A stretch of 64,000 bases of DNA from NCBI GenBank assembly GCA_965262955.1, contig CBDHGE010000001.1:3730272-3794271 (forward strand), read 5' to 3'. Source of the DNA: Candidatus Poribacteria bacterium. Lineage in GTDB: Bacteria > Poribacteria > WGA-4E > WGA-3G. Under the pieces are notes generated by a model. That model did no database searches. It worked only from the letters and a program-made list of their open reading frames with translations, and was not told where the DNA came from. Position numbers and translations under genes: made by a program. Positions 37,769 to 47,668 of the stretch are shown here, one piece after another (the stretch's first letter is position 1; each line of letters opens with the position of its first letter).

Positions 37769-39850
37769 GTGTTTACGACACTGCAATTCAGGATAATAAA
37801 GATGCTGAGAGGCGATAGAATATTCAACACTCGTTTTCCACGCATAATCTACTTTTTTGTTTACGTCCTTTTTTTTGGATTGTTAAGCCAGTTCACGGTT
37901 TTCGCTGAAGAGGATACTGAACCTGTACAATTAGAAAAAATCATTGTAACACCGGGACGGTTCACGATTTATGACGGCACCTCGGCAAGAATTGCCTTAT
38001 CTAAACAAGAAATTGAACGTTTCCCTTTGATAGACAATGATGTGATGCGGGCAGGTCATATCTTTCCGGGGGTCGTTTCAAGCGATTACAGCGCACGATT
38101 CAGCGTACGCGGTGGTGAAAAGGACGACATCTCGGTCAGATTAGATGGAATGGAACTCTATAATCCGTACCATCTTCAGGACTTCGGCGGTGCAGTTTCA
38201 CTCATAGGTATCGATCTTATTCAGAACACCGAACTACTCATAGGTGGGTTCCCTGCAGCATACGGCGAGAAGATGTCGGGCGTCTTTGACATCACTACAA
38301 AAACACCAAATACCGAAAAATTCGCCGCTAATTTTGGGGTAGACCTGATTAACGCAACGGCTATGTTGGAAGGTCCGCTCACTGAAAAAAGTAGTTGGCT
38401 CCTGTCAGCCCGACGTGGGTATATTGATCTGATTCTCATGTTGATGGATATCGACGAAAACTATAAACCGCAATATGCCGATGTTTACAGCAAACTAACA
38501 TATCAAGTAACACCAACAGATACACTTACCTTCAACGGACTTTACGGTTGGGACAAGAATCGGATTCGTGTAGACGATGTAGACAATAATTTGGATTCCC
38601 GATATGATAACACGACTGCTTGGGCGAAATGGCGACATACATTTGGCGATTCGCACTGGACAGATGTGTTTGTATTCACTGGTATGTCCAGTCAAGATAG
38701 AACCACAGGGAAGGCGGATTTCGACGATCGAGACTTTCGATTTTTGGGAACAAAAGCGGAGCTCACAGCAAACCTTTTTGAAAAACATACGTTTCATAGT
38801 GGTATAACGTGGCGATGGTTAGCTGCGCAATATCAGTACGACGTCCAAGAACGGCAGGCAGGCATAAACGTCTATAAGCCAATTCTCGCAAATGTTGATG
38901 ATAGCGGAAACGAATTCAATGCCTTTCTCCAAGACGAGTGGCAGCTGCATCCAAAACTTGCACTCAATGTCGGTGCGCGTTACCTTTACCAGCTGTATCG
39001 CCAACAAGGCATTCAGCGTTATGAAATTGGACCGCGAGTTGCGCTTGCGGTAAAGCCAACGGATGATCTCGTCTTGCGGGGTGCGTGGGGAATTTACCAC
39101 CAACCAGTTCACCTGATGGGAGTCCCTGTAGAGGATGGAATTGAGACGGTAGGACGTGCCGAGCGAGCCGTGCACTACATCATCGGGGCTGAGTATACCC
39201 CTGCGAACAATTTCTTGTTGAGCGTTGAAGGATACTATATCACGTTTGATAATCTTGTCGGGCGGCTTCGCGAGTTCGGGCGACAGAATCAGATTTTCGT
39301 CTCACCTGAATCTGGAGATGCAAAAGGTGTTGATGTATTCATGACGCACACGGTGTCCAATCGTTTGGCATGGACACTCGGCTATGCGTACGGCATCGCA
39401 GAAGAGATCGCAGGCGGAACGACAATTTTTCGCCAATATGATCGGCGACATTCCTTCGCTGTCAGTAGTAATTATCAGTTCGCACCGACTTGGCATCTCT
39501 ATCTCAGTTGGCGCTTTCATACGGGTGAACCGAGAACACCGCTTATTCACAAAGAGATCCGTTTACCAAATGGTAATATCGCCTGTGACCGGCGATTTGG
39601 CGACACGCACTCACGAAGGATGCCAGCATACCACAGTCTTGATTTTCGCATTACCAAACGGAGTCCTTATCGGCGGTGGGAGTTATCTTGGTATTTCCAG
39701 ATTTTGAACTTATATAACCATACAAATGTAGATCAATACGCGTTTAGCGAAGTCCGCGATGAAAAGACAAATGCTGTCATTGGTTGTGAAATTGAGGAAG
39801 AGCCACTCTTCCCAATTGTTCCAACATTAGGAATGACGATAAACTTCTAA
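37769..39850 (+). CDS. TonB-dependent receptor
   Basis: LEKIIVT box, FSVRGG, GGFPAAYG..MSG plug motifs, beta-barrel, terminal Phe; true start may be later. Confidence 0.9.
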   Translation: MFTTLQFRIIKMLRGDRIFNTRFPRIIYFFVYVLFFGLLSQFTVFAEEDTEPVQLEKIIVTPGRFTIYDGTSARIALSKQEIERFPLIDNDVMRAGHIFPGVVSSDYSARFSVRGGEKDDISVRLDGMELYNPYHLQDFGGAVSLIGIDLIQNTELLIGGFPAAYGEKMSGVFDITTKTPNTEKFAANFGVDLINATAMLEGPLTEKSSWLLSARRGYIDLILMLMDIDENYKPQYADVYSKLTYQVTPTDTLTFNGLYGWDKNRIRVDDVDNNLDSRYDNTTAWAKWRHTFGDSHWTDVFVFTGMSSQDRTTGKADFDDRDFRFLGTKAELTANLFEKHTFHSGITWRWLAAQYQYDVQERQAGINVYKPILANVDDSGNEFNAFLQDEWQLHPKLALNVGARYLYQLYRQQGIQRYEIGPRVALAVKPTDDLVLRGAWGIYHQPVHLMGVPVEDGIETVGRAERAVHYIIGAEYTPANNFLLSVEGYYITFDNLVGRLREFGRQNQIFVSPESGDAKGVDVFMTHTVSNRLAWTLGYAYGIAEEIAGGTTIFRQYDRRHSFAVSSNYQFAPTWHLYLSWRFHTGEPRTPLIHKEIRLPNGNIACDRRFGDTHSRRMPAYHSLDFRITKRSPYRRWELSWYFQILNLYNHTNVDQYAFSEVRDEKTNAVIGCEIEEEPLFPIVPTLGMTINF

Positions 39851-39952
39851 CAACGTGCGTTCGACATGAGGACTTAGAAGTTATCGGAACCGCAAAACAC
39901 GATCTATGTTGTTGATTATCAAGGGAATTGGTTTTGGAGGGCGTATTGTACC

Positions 39953-39969
39953 ACAAACTTTTAGTTTGT
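39953..39969. repeat. 17-bp palindromic repeat
   Basis: ACAAACTTTTAGTTTGT, identical at 58239..58255. Confidence 0.6.
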
Positions 39970-40028
39970 CGGTGTGAAATAGCCTTAGTAATAGTGCAAA
40001 CTGACGGTTCGCTTTCAAGCAAGGAAAA

Positions 40029-40472
40029 ATGTTCAAGTATATCACAAAAGCATTCAGAAAGATCTGGTGGCGTTTTACCGCAAAGGCACGGCAACGGGAA
40101 CTACCGAAGGCTGCGCCAAGTGTGGTGGAGGCGATTCTACCCGTGGATACCGATACGTACACCATTACGCCAAGGTATCTTAAAGAGATGATGGATAGAG
40201 GGGAACCGTTTATTTTATTGGATGTGCGGGAAGAATGGGAATATCAGATGGTTCACCTTGAAGGCGCCATCTCAATCCCATTTGGTGAGTTACTGAAACG
40301 GTTTAGAGAAATTAAACCGGGAAGTGAAGTAATAGTTTATTGCCACCGAGGTATGCGCAGCCTCGATGCAGCATTTCTTTTACAACAACTCGGTTTTAAA
40401 TCGGTCAAACGTCTACTCGGCGGTATGGATCGATGGGCACAAGAAATTGATACGCGAATCATACGATATTAG
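40029..40472 (+). CDS. Rhodanese-like domain protein
   Basis: LLDVRE..E, YCHRGMRS active-site loop, L.GG...W. Confidence 0.9.
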   Translation: MFKYITKAFRKIWWRFTAKARQRELPKAAPSVVEAILPVDTDTYTITPRYLKEMMDRGEPFILLDVREEWEYQMVHLEGAISIPFGELLKRFREIKPGSEVIVYCHRGMRSLDAAFLLQQLGFKSVKRLLGGMDRWAQEIDTRIIRY

Positions 40473-40541
40473 CACATATCATCAATATCGAATTGACACA
40501 TCCCACCTAAAATCAATATCTTAAGAAAAACGAACCCCTAC

Positions 40542-41936
40542 CTACCCATCTGTTTTAAAATCCTGACTTTGAAGCCCATATTTCTGCATCCGGTGCTGAA
40601 GTTTCCGACGCGAAATACCGAGCAATTTTGCAGCTTGAATTTGTGTGCCGTTACTTTTTGCTAATGCGCTACACACATATTCCTTTATAATTTCATCAAG
40701 GGAAACCCCTTCTTCAGGAATATCAAACTCAACATCCGTGGTCGGCAGCGAGGTGTCCAAAATCTCCGGCGGCAATTCGTCCATGTCGATGACCTCATTT
40801 TCTGAGAGCACAAAAATACGACGGAGATAATTTTCCAGCTGCCGAATATTGCCGGGCCACTGATACCGCCTGAGTGCCGACATCGCTTGCGGTGTGACCT
40901 GTTTAGGTGAAGCTTCGGCGTACTCGTTGCTAAACTTCTGAATGAGAAAATTCACGAGCAACGGAATATCCTCCGGGTGTTCGCGAAGTGCTGGAACGTG
41001 AATCGGAATAACATTCAGACGAAAATAGAGGTCGTCTCGAAAATCATTTTCCCGAACTGCTTGAATGAGATCCTTATTTGTTGCGGCAATTACGCAGACA
41101 TCCACTTTGATGTTTTTAGTTCCCCCGATGCGACGTATCTCACGTTCCTCAAGTACCTGTAGGAGTTTGCTCTGCGTTTGAACAGGAAGATCCCCAATTT
41201 CATCAAGAAAAATCACACCCTCGTTTGCTACTTCAAAAAGTCCCTTTTTCTGCTGCGCAGCATCTGTAAACGCCCCCTTTTCGTGCCCAAAGAGCTCGCT
41301 CTCAATGAGCGTATCAGGAATCGCACCACAGTTAATCGCTATGAAAGGCATGTCTTTTCGGTTTCCGTGTTTATGGAGTGCCCGGGCAATCAGACTTTTT
41401 CCCGAACCCGTCTCTCCTGTAATAAGCACTTGCGTGACGCCACGGTGAAGGATCCGTGCCATATTCTTGAAAAGATCCTGCATTTGCTCACTTTCACCCA
41501 CAATTTCATCAATCTGAATTTCAGGTGTTGAGGCGTCGCTTTCCTCTTCAGGACCGCCAAGCGCACCGCGAGTCTGCAAAGCGTGTTTTACTTCTCGTTT
41601 CAGAACATCAATCTGGATAGGTTTCTCAAGGTAGTAGAACGCCCCCTCGTGGGCGACGAGATTGACTGCGTCGTTAAGCTCTGCGTACGCCGTCATAATA
41701 AGGACTGGCAGGTCAGGGTCTGTCCGCTTTATTTCCCGAAGAAGATCGCGCCCCTCAAACCGTGAGGACATCCACATATCGCTGATAACGAGATCGAACA
41801 TCTGCTTATCTAAGGTCTCAAGTGCAGCTTTGCTGTCGCCAACGATTTCAACCGTATAGCCTTCGCGTTTCAAGATACGCTGTAGAATTGTCAGTTGCGC
41901 CCGGTCGTCATCTACAATCAGTATTGATGCCATCAC
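40542..41936 (-). CDS. Sigma-54-dependent NtrC/AtoC-family response regulator
   Basis: Receiver domain, GETGSGK, ESELFGHEKGAFTDA, WPGNIRQL, Fis-type HTH. Confidence 0.93.
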   Translation of the reverse strand: MMASILIVDDDRAQLTILQRILKREGYTVEIVGDSKAALETLDKQMFDLVISDMWMSSRFEGRDLLREIKRTDPDLPVLIMTAYAELNDAVNLVAHEGAFYYLEKPIQIDVLKREVKHALQTRGALGGPEEESDASTPEIQIDEIVGESEQMQDLFKNMARILHRGVTQVLITGETGSGKSLIARALHKHGNRKDMPFIAINCGAIPDTLIESELFGHEKGAFTDAAQQKKGLFEVANEGVIFLDEIGDLPVQTQSKLLQVLEEREIRRIGGTKNIKVDVCVIAATNKDLIQAVRENDFRDDLYFRLNVIPIHVPALREHPEDIPLLVNFLIQKFSNEYAEASPKQVTPQAMSALRRYQWPGNIRQLENYLRRIFVLSENEVIDMDELPPEILDTSLPTTDVEFDIPEEGVSLDEIIKEYVCSALAKSNGTQIQAAKLLGISRRKLQHRMQKYGLQSQDFKTDG

Positions 41937-41964
41937 CGGATCCTCCTCATTTTAACAGATGATT

Positions 41965-43662
41965 TTAGGCGGATTTATCTGGATTGAGTGTAAAACGGAT
42001 CGTAAAAGCCGTTCCCATCCCCATCTTACTTCGGACTTCGATTTTACCTTTATGGGCAGTTATAATCTGGTGAGAGATTGCGAGCCCCAGACCGATACCA
42101 CCAGTAGCATCTTTCGTTGTAAAATACGCATCGTAAATCTGTTCCTGAATATCTTCAGGAATGCCGATACCTGTATCCCGAATTTCAAGAACTATCTGTC
42201 GAATGGGCTTATCTGTCTCGTCAACCATAGTAGTGATATAGATACTGCCACCCTTCGGCATCGCTTGGATGCTGTTCTGCACAAGATTGAAAAGCGTCTG
42301 CCGCATCAGGCTTGGATCCAAGGGAATATCAGGCAAGATTTCATCATAGTTCCTGATTACCTGCACTTTTGCCTCTTCTGCAACGAGCGCAAACTCGGAT
42401 AACACCCCATCGACGAGTGTATTGAGATTTACAGGTTCTATATTTAATCTTCTTGGTCGATTCAGTGTGAGGAACTGTTCTGAAGTCTGCTTCAGTTCAA
42501 TTATCTTTTGGTCAACAATCTCTAAAAGTTCTTTCGCTTCCTCAATATCCTCAGGTTTAATCTTAGGTTGTGAAAAAACAGATTTCAGATGTTGTGCTGT
42601 CATACCAATCGAATTCAAGGGGTTCCGAATTTCGTGAGCCACACCCGCAGCGAATTGCCCTAAAGCAGCTATCCGTTTTGAATGGGAATCGCGAAGTTGC
42701 CAAAGCATCCTTGCGAGGTTATAGGTTGCCCTCCCAATTTCGTCTGACGAATAGTTCTCTTGGGGTGATAAATCACCCCTTTCCGCACTCTGAACAATAC
42801 CAGTCATCCGCTCTAACGGCTTCATAATCAGATGATTCGTTGTCAAATCAATCAGAATCACGAGGAGTGCCCCAACAATTACGATCAGTATCGCGTGCAT
42901 CAGCAGTGAATATCGAATTGACCTACCGATATAAGGAACATCGAAAAGTACTTGGATATAACCGGTTAGTGCTTTCTGGATCCACAAGGTTTCACCTTGC
43001 TTCCATAAATTATAGAGATCGCCTTTTGCCAGATCCCTCATTCGCCAGCGTCTACTTTTTTCCTCAGTTATCACTGGATCGTCTGGCACATAGACATCTT
43101 TACCAAAGACTCTCTCCCAGACCTCATAGGGCAGCGTCCCGTCATCGAGTATCGGTTCGTATTTGAAATCGCGCGGTTCCAACTCAACCGGCTTTGGTCC
43201 GATCAAGACGACCATGTATTTAATAACAATAGCCGTTGCGTTCTGTCCCTCAATAGTATGTATCGTCGCGCCTTTTGTCTCAATTTGATTAAGATCCTCG
43301 GAATCAAGGTTTATATCAACGGCAGCTTCACCGACAAGTAGACTGGAACGAACACGAGTATCATTTAAAGAGACGTGGATATTCAGTACATCTCGCATAT
43401 CTGGATGTTCCCATTTCAGTCTATTCAGCACTCGATCCAGTCCTTGGGCATCAAATACTCCTGCAGTTTCGATTTCTCTCTCAACGGCGTTAAGAATCGT
43501 GTTTTCAGCGATTTTCCTCAGCTCAGCACCGCGCTCTGCCCCCAAGGCGTGAAGGGCATTCATCTCATTTCGGACACGGATACTATCAAAAAAGTAAAAC
43601 GCCACGAGGATTGCTATTACACAAAGATTGATAACAAGTGAATATTTCCATTGGAGTCGCAT
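41965..43662 (-). CDS. Membrane sensor histidine kinase (HAMP, HisKA, HATPase)
   Basis: AHEIRNPL, NLVQNS, DTGIG, GLGL, two TM helices. Confidence 0.93.
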   Translation of the reverse strand: MRLQWKYSLVINLCVIAILVAFYFFDSIRVRNEMNALHALGAERGAELRKIAENTILNAVEREIETAGVFDAQGLDRVLNRLKWEHPDMRDVLNIHVSLNDTRVRSSLLVGEAAVDINLDSEDLNQIETKGATIHTIEGQNATAIVIKYMVVLIGPKPVELEPRDFKYEPILDDGTLPYEVWERVFGKDVYVPDDPVITEEKSRRWRMRDLAKGDLYNLWKQGETLWIQKALTGYIQVLFDVPYIGRSIRYSLLMHAILIVIVGALLVILIDLTTNHLIMKPLERMTGIVQSAERGDLSPQENYSSDEIGRATYNLARMLWQLRDSHSKRIAALGQFAAGVAHEIRNPLNSIGMTAQHLKSVFSQPKIKPEDIEEAKELLEIVDQKIIELKQTSEQFLTLNRPRRLNIEPVNLNTLVDGVLSEFALVAEEAKVQVIRNYDEILPDIPLDPSLMRQTLFNLVQNSIQAMPKGGSIYITTMVDETDKPIRQIVLEIRDTGIGIPEDIQEQIYDAYFTTKDATGGIGLGLAISHQIITAHKGKIEVRSKMGMGTAFTIRFTLNPDKSA

Positions 43663-43663
43663 G

Positions 43664-45205
43664 TTAACTCATCACTCGTTGGACTGCCCTTTTCCATTCC
43701 GCGAGTTTCTGATTGCGTTGGTTCGCGTCAATCTGTGGTGAAAAAACCTTGGCTTCCAGTGTATCGGTTGCTGGCTGAGTGTGCTCAGCTCGATGTGTCT
43801 CCAATGCTTCAATATTGTCCCATACACCCGTTGTAATACCAGCAAGATATGCCGCACCCAGTCCTGTCGATTCTATTTGTGCTGGTCGTTCTACATCTAT
43901 TCCCAGAATATCCGCTTGAAACTGCATAAGAAAGTCGTTGGCAGCAGCACCGCCATCTACCCGTAATCGGTCAATCGGCACCGCTGTTTCGCTTAACATC
44001 TCAGTAACAACATCCGCGGATTGATATGCAATCGACTCTAAGGTCGCGCGGACAATATGGTCACGCGTACTCCCTCGCGTTAAACCGAAGATGGCACCCC
44101 GCGCTTCAGGATCCCAATACGGTGCCCCAAGTCCAGTAAAAGCAGGCACCACGAAAACGCCGTCTGAATCGGAGACACGCGTTGCGATCTCTTCCGTCTC
44201 TTGGGCACTACTAATAATCTCAATGCCATCTCGGAGCCACTGGACAGCAGCACCTGCGACAAACACACTTCCTTCCAAGGCGTAAACAGGGGTTTCATCT
44301 AAACTACAGGCGAGTGTTGTCAGCAATCCTGTCTTTGTCTCAACCTTTTCAGCACCCGTATTCAGCATGAGAAAACATCCAGTTCCGTAGGTGTTTTTCG
44401 CCATACCGGGATTTGTACACAATTGGCCGAAAAGAGCCGCCTGTTGATCCCCCGCGATTCCTGTGATTGGAATGCCATCTAAGGATATATTTTTACCAAA
44501 AGTTTCAAGCCAAAAATTGCGATAGAAACTGGTTGTGCCGAAATTGCTTGCAGAGGGATCGACTTCGGGTAATATGGCTTTTGGAACGTTGAATATTTCT
44601 AAAAGGGTTTCGTCCCATGAAAGGGTGTCTATATTAAAGAGTAGCGTCCGCGATGCGTTTGTATAGTCGGTTTTATGGACTACTTTATCTGTTAATTTCC
44701 ACAGAAGCCAAGTGTCTACAGTTCCGAATGCGAGTTCGCCTTGTTCTGCCCGTTCTCGAGCCCCGCTAACATGATCCAGAATCCATGCTACCTTTGTTCC
44801 AGAAAAGTAGGGGTCCAACACAAGACCCGTCTTTGCTTTTACCGCTTCACCGACGCCCTGTTTCTCAAGGGAAGCGCACATATCTGCAGTGCGTCGGCAC
44901 TGCCATACAATTGCGGGATGGATCGGTTTTCCTGTTTGCCTGTCCCAAACGACGGTCGTTTCGCGTTGGTTTGTGATTCCGATCGCAACAATATTCAGCG
45001 GATCATCTTTAAAAAGTTTATCTATTGCTTGTAGGGTAGCATCCCAGATTTCCTCTGGATCGTGTTCTACCCAACCGGGGTGTGGATAATATTGTGTGAA
45101 TTCTTGGTATCCTTGGGCGATGATGTTGCCCTCTACATCAACGAGAAGGGCAGTCGTCCCTGTTGTCCCTTGGTCGATTGAAAGAATGCAAGCCGTATTC
45201 GACAT
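43664..45205 (-). CDS. glpK: Glycerol kinase
   Basis: DQGTT, GITNQRETT, PYFSGTK, GDQQAALFGQ, KNTYGTG, GLGAPYW. Confidence 0.95.
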   Translation of the reverse strand: MSNTACILSIDQGTTGTTALLVDVEGNIIAQGYQEFTQYYPHPGWVEHDPEEIWDATLQAIDKLFKDDPLNIVAIGITNQRETTVVWDRQTGKPIHPAIVWQCRRTADMCASLEKQGVGEAVKAKTGLVLDPYFSGTKVAWILDHVSGARERAEQGELAFGTVDTWLLWKLTDKVVHKTDYTNASRTLLFNIDTLSWDETLLEIFNVPKAILPEVDPSASNFGTTSFYRNFWLETFGKNISLDGIPITGIAGDQQAALFGQLCTNPGMAKNTYGTGCFLMLNTGAEKVETKTGLLTTLACSLDETPVYALEGSVFVAGAAVQWLRDGIEIISSAQETEEIATRVSDSDGVFVVPAFTGLGAPYWDPEARGAIFGLTRGSTRDHIVRATLESIAYQSADVVTEMLSETAVPIDRLRVDGGAAANDFLMQFQADILGIDVERPAQIESTGLGAAYLAGITTGVWDNIEALETHRAEHTQPATDTLEAKVFSPQIDANQRNQKLAEWKRAVQRVMS

Positions 45206-45381
45206 CTATGGTTGCAACTCCTAAATGTTTTCTTTAAAGGATAGCACGACAAAAGAAAAACATCAAGTGAAAACAGGGAAAACATGACTATAGTAAATGT
45301 GAGTTTGATAAGAAATTTGAAGTTGACACACTATCGATGGGAAAACCAAAAAAGCGTTTTTAAACTCCCATCCTTTTCCTG

Positions 45382-46611
45382 CTAATTCCCGATTGCACCT
45401 GCAACTTTCACCAAATCCAGGACATTAAAAACGCCATCACCGTTGACATCTGCGGGATCCCCATCTGCCGGCACATTCTGTCCTATCCGGGATGCGACGC
45501 TCACGAGATCTAGTACGTTGACGACTCCATCGCCATTGACATCGTGCATATCCGCAGGTTTAAATGTTTCCATCAACTCGGAAGAACTATCGGCTTCATT
45601 GCTACCATCGTCATCTTGGGTTACGCTAAACACAGCCCAAACTGGACGGTGGTCACTCACGGCAAGATTCGCAGCTTCATCGTCGTTTCCGAAGTCCGTT
45701 TCATCAAACCTGTCGATCCCCGATCTATTGAGGTATTCTGTAACATAATTCTTCTGGAAAAAGATATTGTCGTAAAGACTGGAGTCTCTGATATGGGATT
45801 TTTGTGGGAATTGAAACAGGTGAGTCATCGAGGGGATCGCCATAATTTGGCTGTAAGATTCCGTGTCCGTCGGGTTGCGGTTGAAATCACCAACAAGGAG
45901 AACATCGTCCTCATCTCCGTTGGATTCCTGGACGTACTGATAAACGTTCGCCAACGCTTTAACCTCGGCTTTTCGTTCGCCAACCGTTTTACCCCAGACG
46001 ACATGGACAGCTATCACTGAAAAATTGAACGCACCCGCACGAAAGGTCGCCCAGTATGGATCACGCATGAAGTCGTCCGTACCATCCGCTGCATCTGGAT
46101 ACAATTCCCCTGGTCTGATAACACTGACAAGCTCTGGTTTGTAGAGGAAAGCATACCGCTCTTTCACACCGCGCCCAACCGCAGGACTAAACTGGTAATC
46201 ATACGCCGCGCCCATCTGTGAGAGGATTCTCTGTGTCCGTTCTAAAACCGCTTCATCGCGCAGCTCCACAATCGCGATGAAATCATAGTCAACGAGGATT
46301 TCTGCGATTGCCATTAATTCGGCATCAGTTCGACTGTTATTACTCATAATCCGGATGTTCCAAGCTGCTAACTTCAATTCAGACTGTTCAGAATCGCTGG
46401 CGGTGGTATTCTGACTTACTACTAAATCAGCATCAATTTCAGCTGGTTGCGAATCTTTTACACCATGCTTATGATATTCACCCGTCTCGCGATTATAATG
46501 TCCACCATTTGCGTCTGTTCGCCCAGGATGAGCGTCCCCAAAATCATAGGGTATAGCGAAAAAAATCAATAAAAAGGATGCTAATATCCTGAAATTAACC
46601 TTTCTATACAT
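45382..46611 (-). CDS. Secreted DNase I-like EEP nuclease with N-terminal YHYH-like motif and C-terminal dockerin-like domain
   Basis: HPGRTD..GGH...GEYH.H; WNI, ERYAFLY, GDFN, YDNI, SDH.PV; duplicated DVNGDG..NVLDL. Start at MYRK is uncertain (ORF track 46659). Confidence 0.85.
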   Translation of the reverse strand: MYRKVNFRILASFLLIFFAIPYDFGDAHPGRTDANGGHYNRETGEYHKHGVKDSQPAEIDADLVVSQNTTASDSEQSELKLAAWNIRIMSNNSRTDAELMAIAEILVDYDFIAIVELRDEAVLERTQRILSQMGAAYDYQFSPAVGRGVKERYAFLYKPELVSVIRPGELYPDAADGTDDFMRDPYWATFRAGAFNFSVIAVHVVWGKTVGERKAEVKALANVYQYVQESNGDEDDVLLVGDFNRNPTDTESYSQIMAIPSMTHLFQFPQKSHIRDSSLYDNIFFQKNYVTEYLNRSGIDRFDETDFGNDDEAANLAVSDHRPVWAVFSVTQDDDGSNEADSSSELMETFKPADMHDVNGDGVVNVLDLVSVASRIGQNVPADGDPADVNGDGVFNVLDLVKVAGAIGN

Positions 46612-46827
46612 CAAAAAGTTGCCTTCCACAAAAAATATAAAAAAATTGCTTACATACAAAAATTGTTGTCTTAAATACTCACCGTAATTAGGACATCACG
46701 ACTGAACAGTGTTTGGTGTGATGTCTTGACAGATTCCGTTCTCTTGTGAGGTCTTCTTACTGTGATTTTATCAGAAATATGCCGTTGTGTCAAAAGTGTG
46801 GTATTACAATCCAAGTTGCCACAACGA

Positions 46828-47093
46828 AAAAAAATCTGCCAGCTGGAGCAACAGCGCAACTCGGTAAAGGCAATATTTATGCTGTAGCGTATTCTCCAGA
46901 TGGCATGCATATAGCGGCTGCCAGTGCTGTTGATACTTGGCTATACCATGTAGAACATGAAGAGGTACGAATGTTTCCCGCCATTAACACGGACGCTGTT
47001 GGGAGTCTAAGTTTTTCCCCTGATCGCAAGACGCTGGCAACAGAGAATTGGTATGGCACAGTTCTCCTATGGGACATGTCCTTGCTTGACTGA
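46828..47093 (+). pseudogene. Internally deleted WD40-repeat protein remnant
   Basis: LPAGATAQLGKG, only about two WD40 blades, then GTVLLWD; no convincing start. Confidence 0.55.
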
Positions 47094-47397
47094 CATATCT
47101 GAAGTGGGCATATAACCGTAAAATCCCGCAACCATCGGACAGGTCGTCGCCACAGTCAAGTTGCAGCTCGAACACCTATCACAAGAATCCGTCAACTTCC
47201 CAATTGCACAGGCAACCTTGGCAGGTATCCGCAAGGAAGGTAACCACCCGAATTGGTTCGACAACATCGAAACATTACACCCATTGGACGATGCCCACAT
47301 TGCAGAAAGCAATCCTGCAAAGCGCAAAGCAATGACGCTATGGTGGGCAGAATTAACAGCAAAGTAGACCATCCGTAAGATTAGGTGGGCACGGTTT

Positions 47398-47426
47398 GGC
47401 AGCGTACTCACCAAATGTAATCTGCA
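47398..47426 (+). repeat. Diverged copy of the 30-bp micro-element inside a perfect hairpin
   Basis: GGCAGCGTACTCACCAAATGTAATCTGCA (23/30 match), TT on both sides, within GGCACGGTTT/AAACCGTGCC. Confidence 0.7.
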
Positions 47427-47668
47427 TTCCAAACCGTGCCGATCCACCTTATTTAATCTCTGTTCCCCTCTTTTCCAACTCAGCTAACCTACCTTGCAAC
47501 AGAAACACTTGTGAAAAATAATATTTATTTCCCTCTGAGTGAAATAATTTAGATTATTCTATCTTTTCGCCCACAATTGTATCTATAACAATAAGAAGGA
47601 TTCCCTTTTTTACGGTAAACTTATATTTCTGCATCGAACTTCCAATGGATATACTGTAGAGGAAAAAA

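Noticed and set aside
12076-47426. 30-bp repeats as CRISPR repeats
   Set aside because: Copies are isolated and many kb apart, with no spacer array or cas genes.
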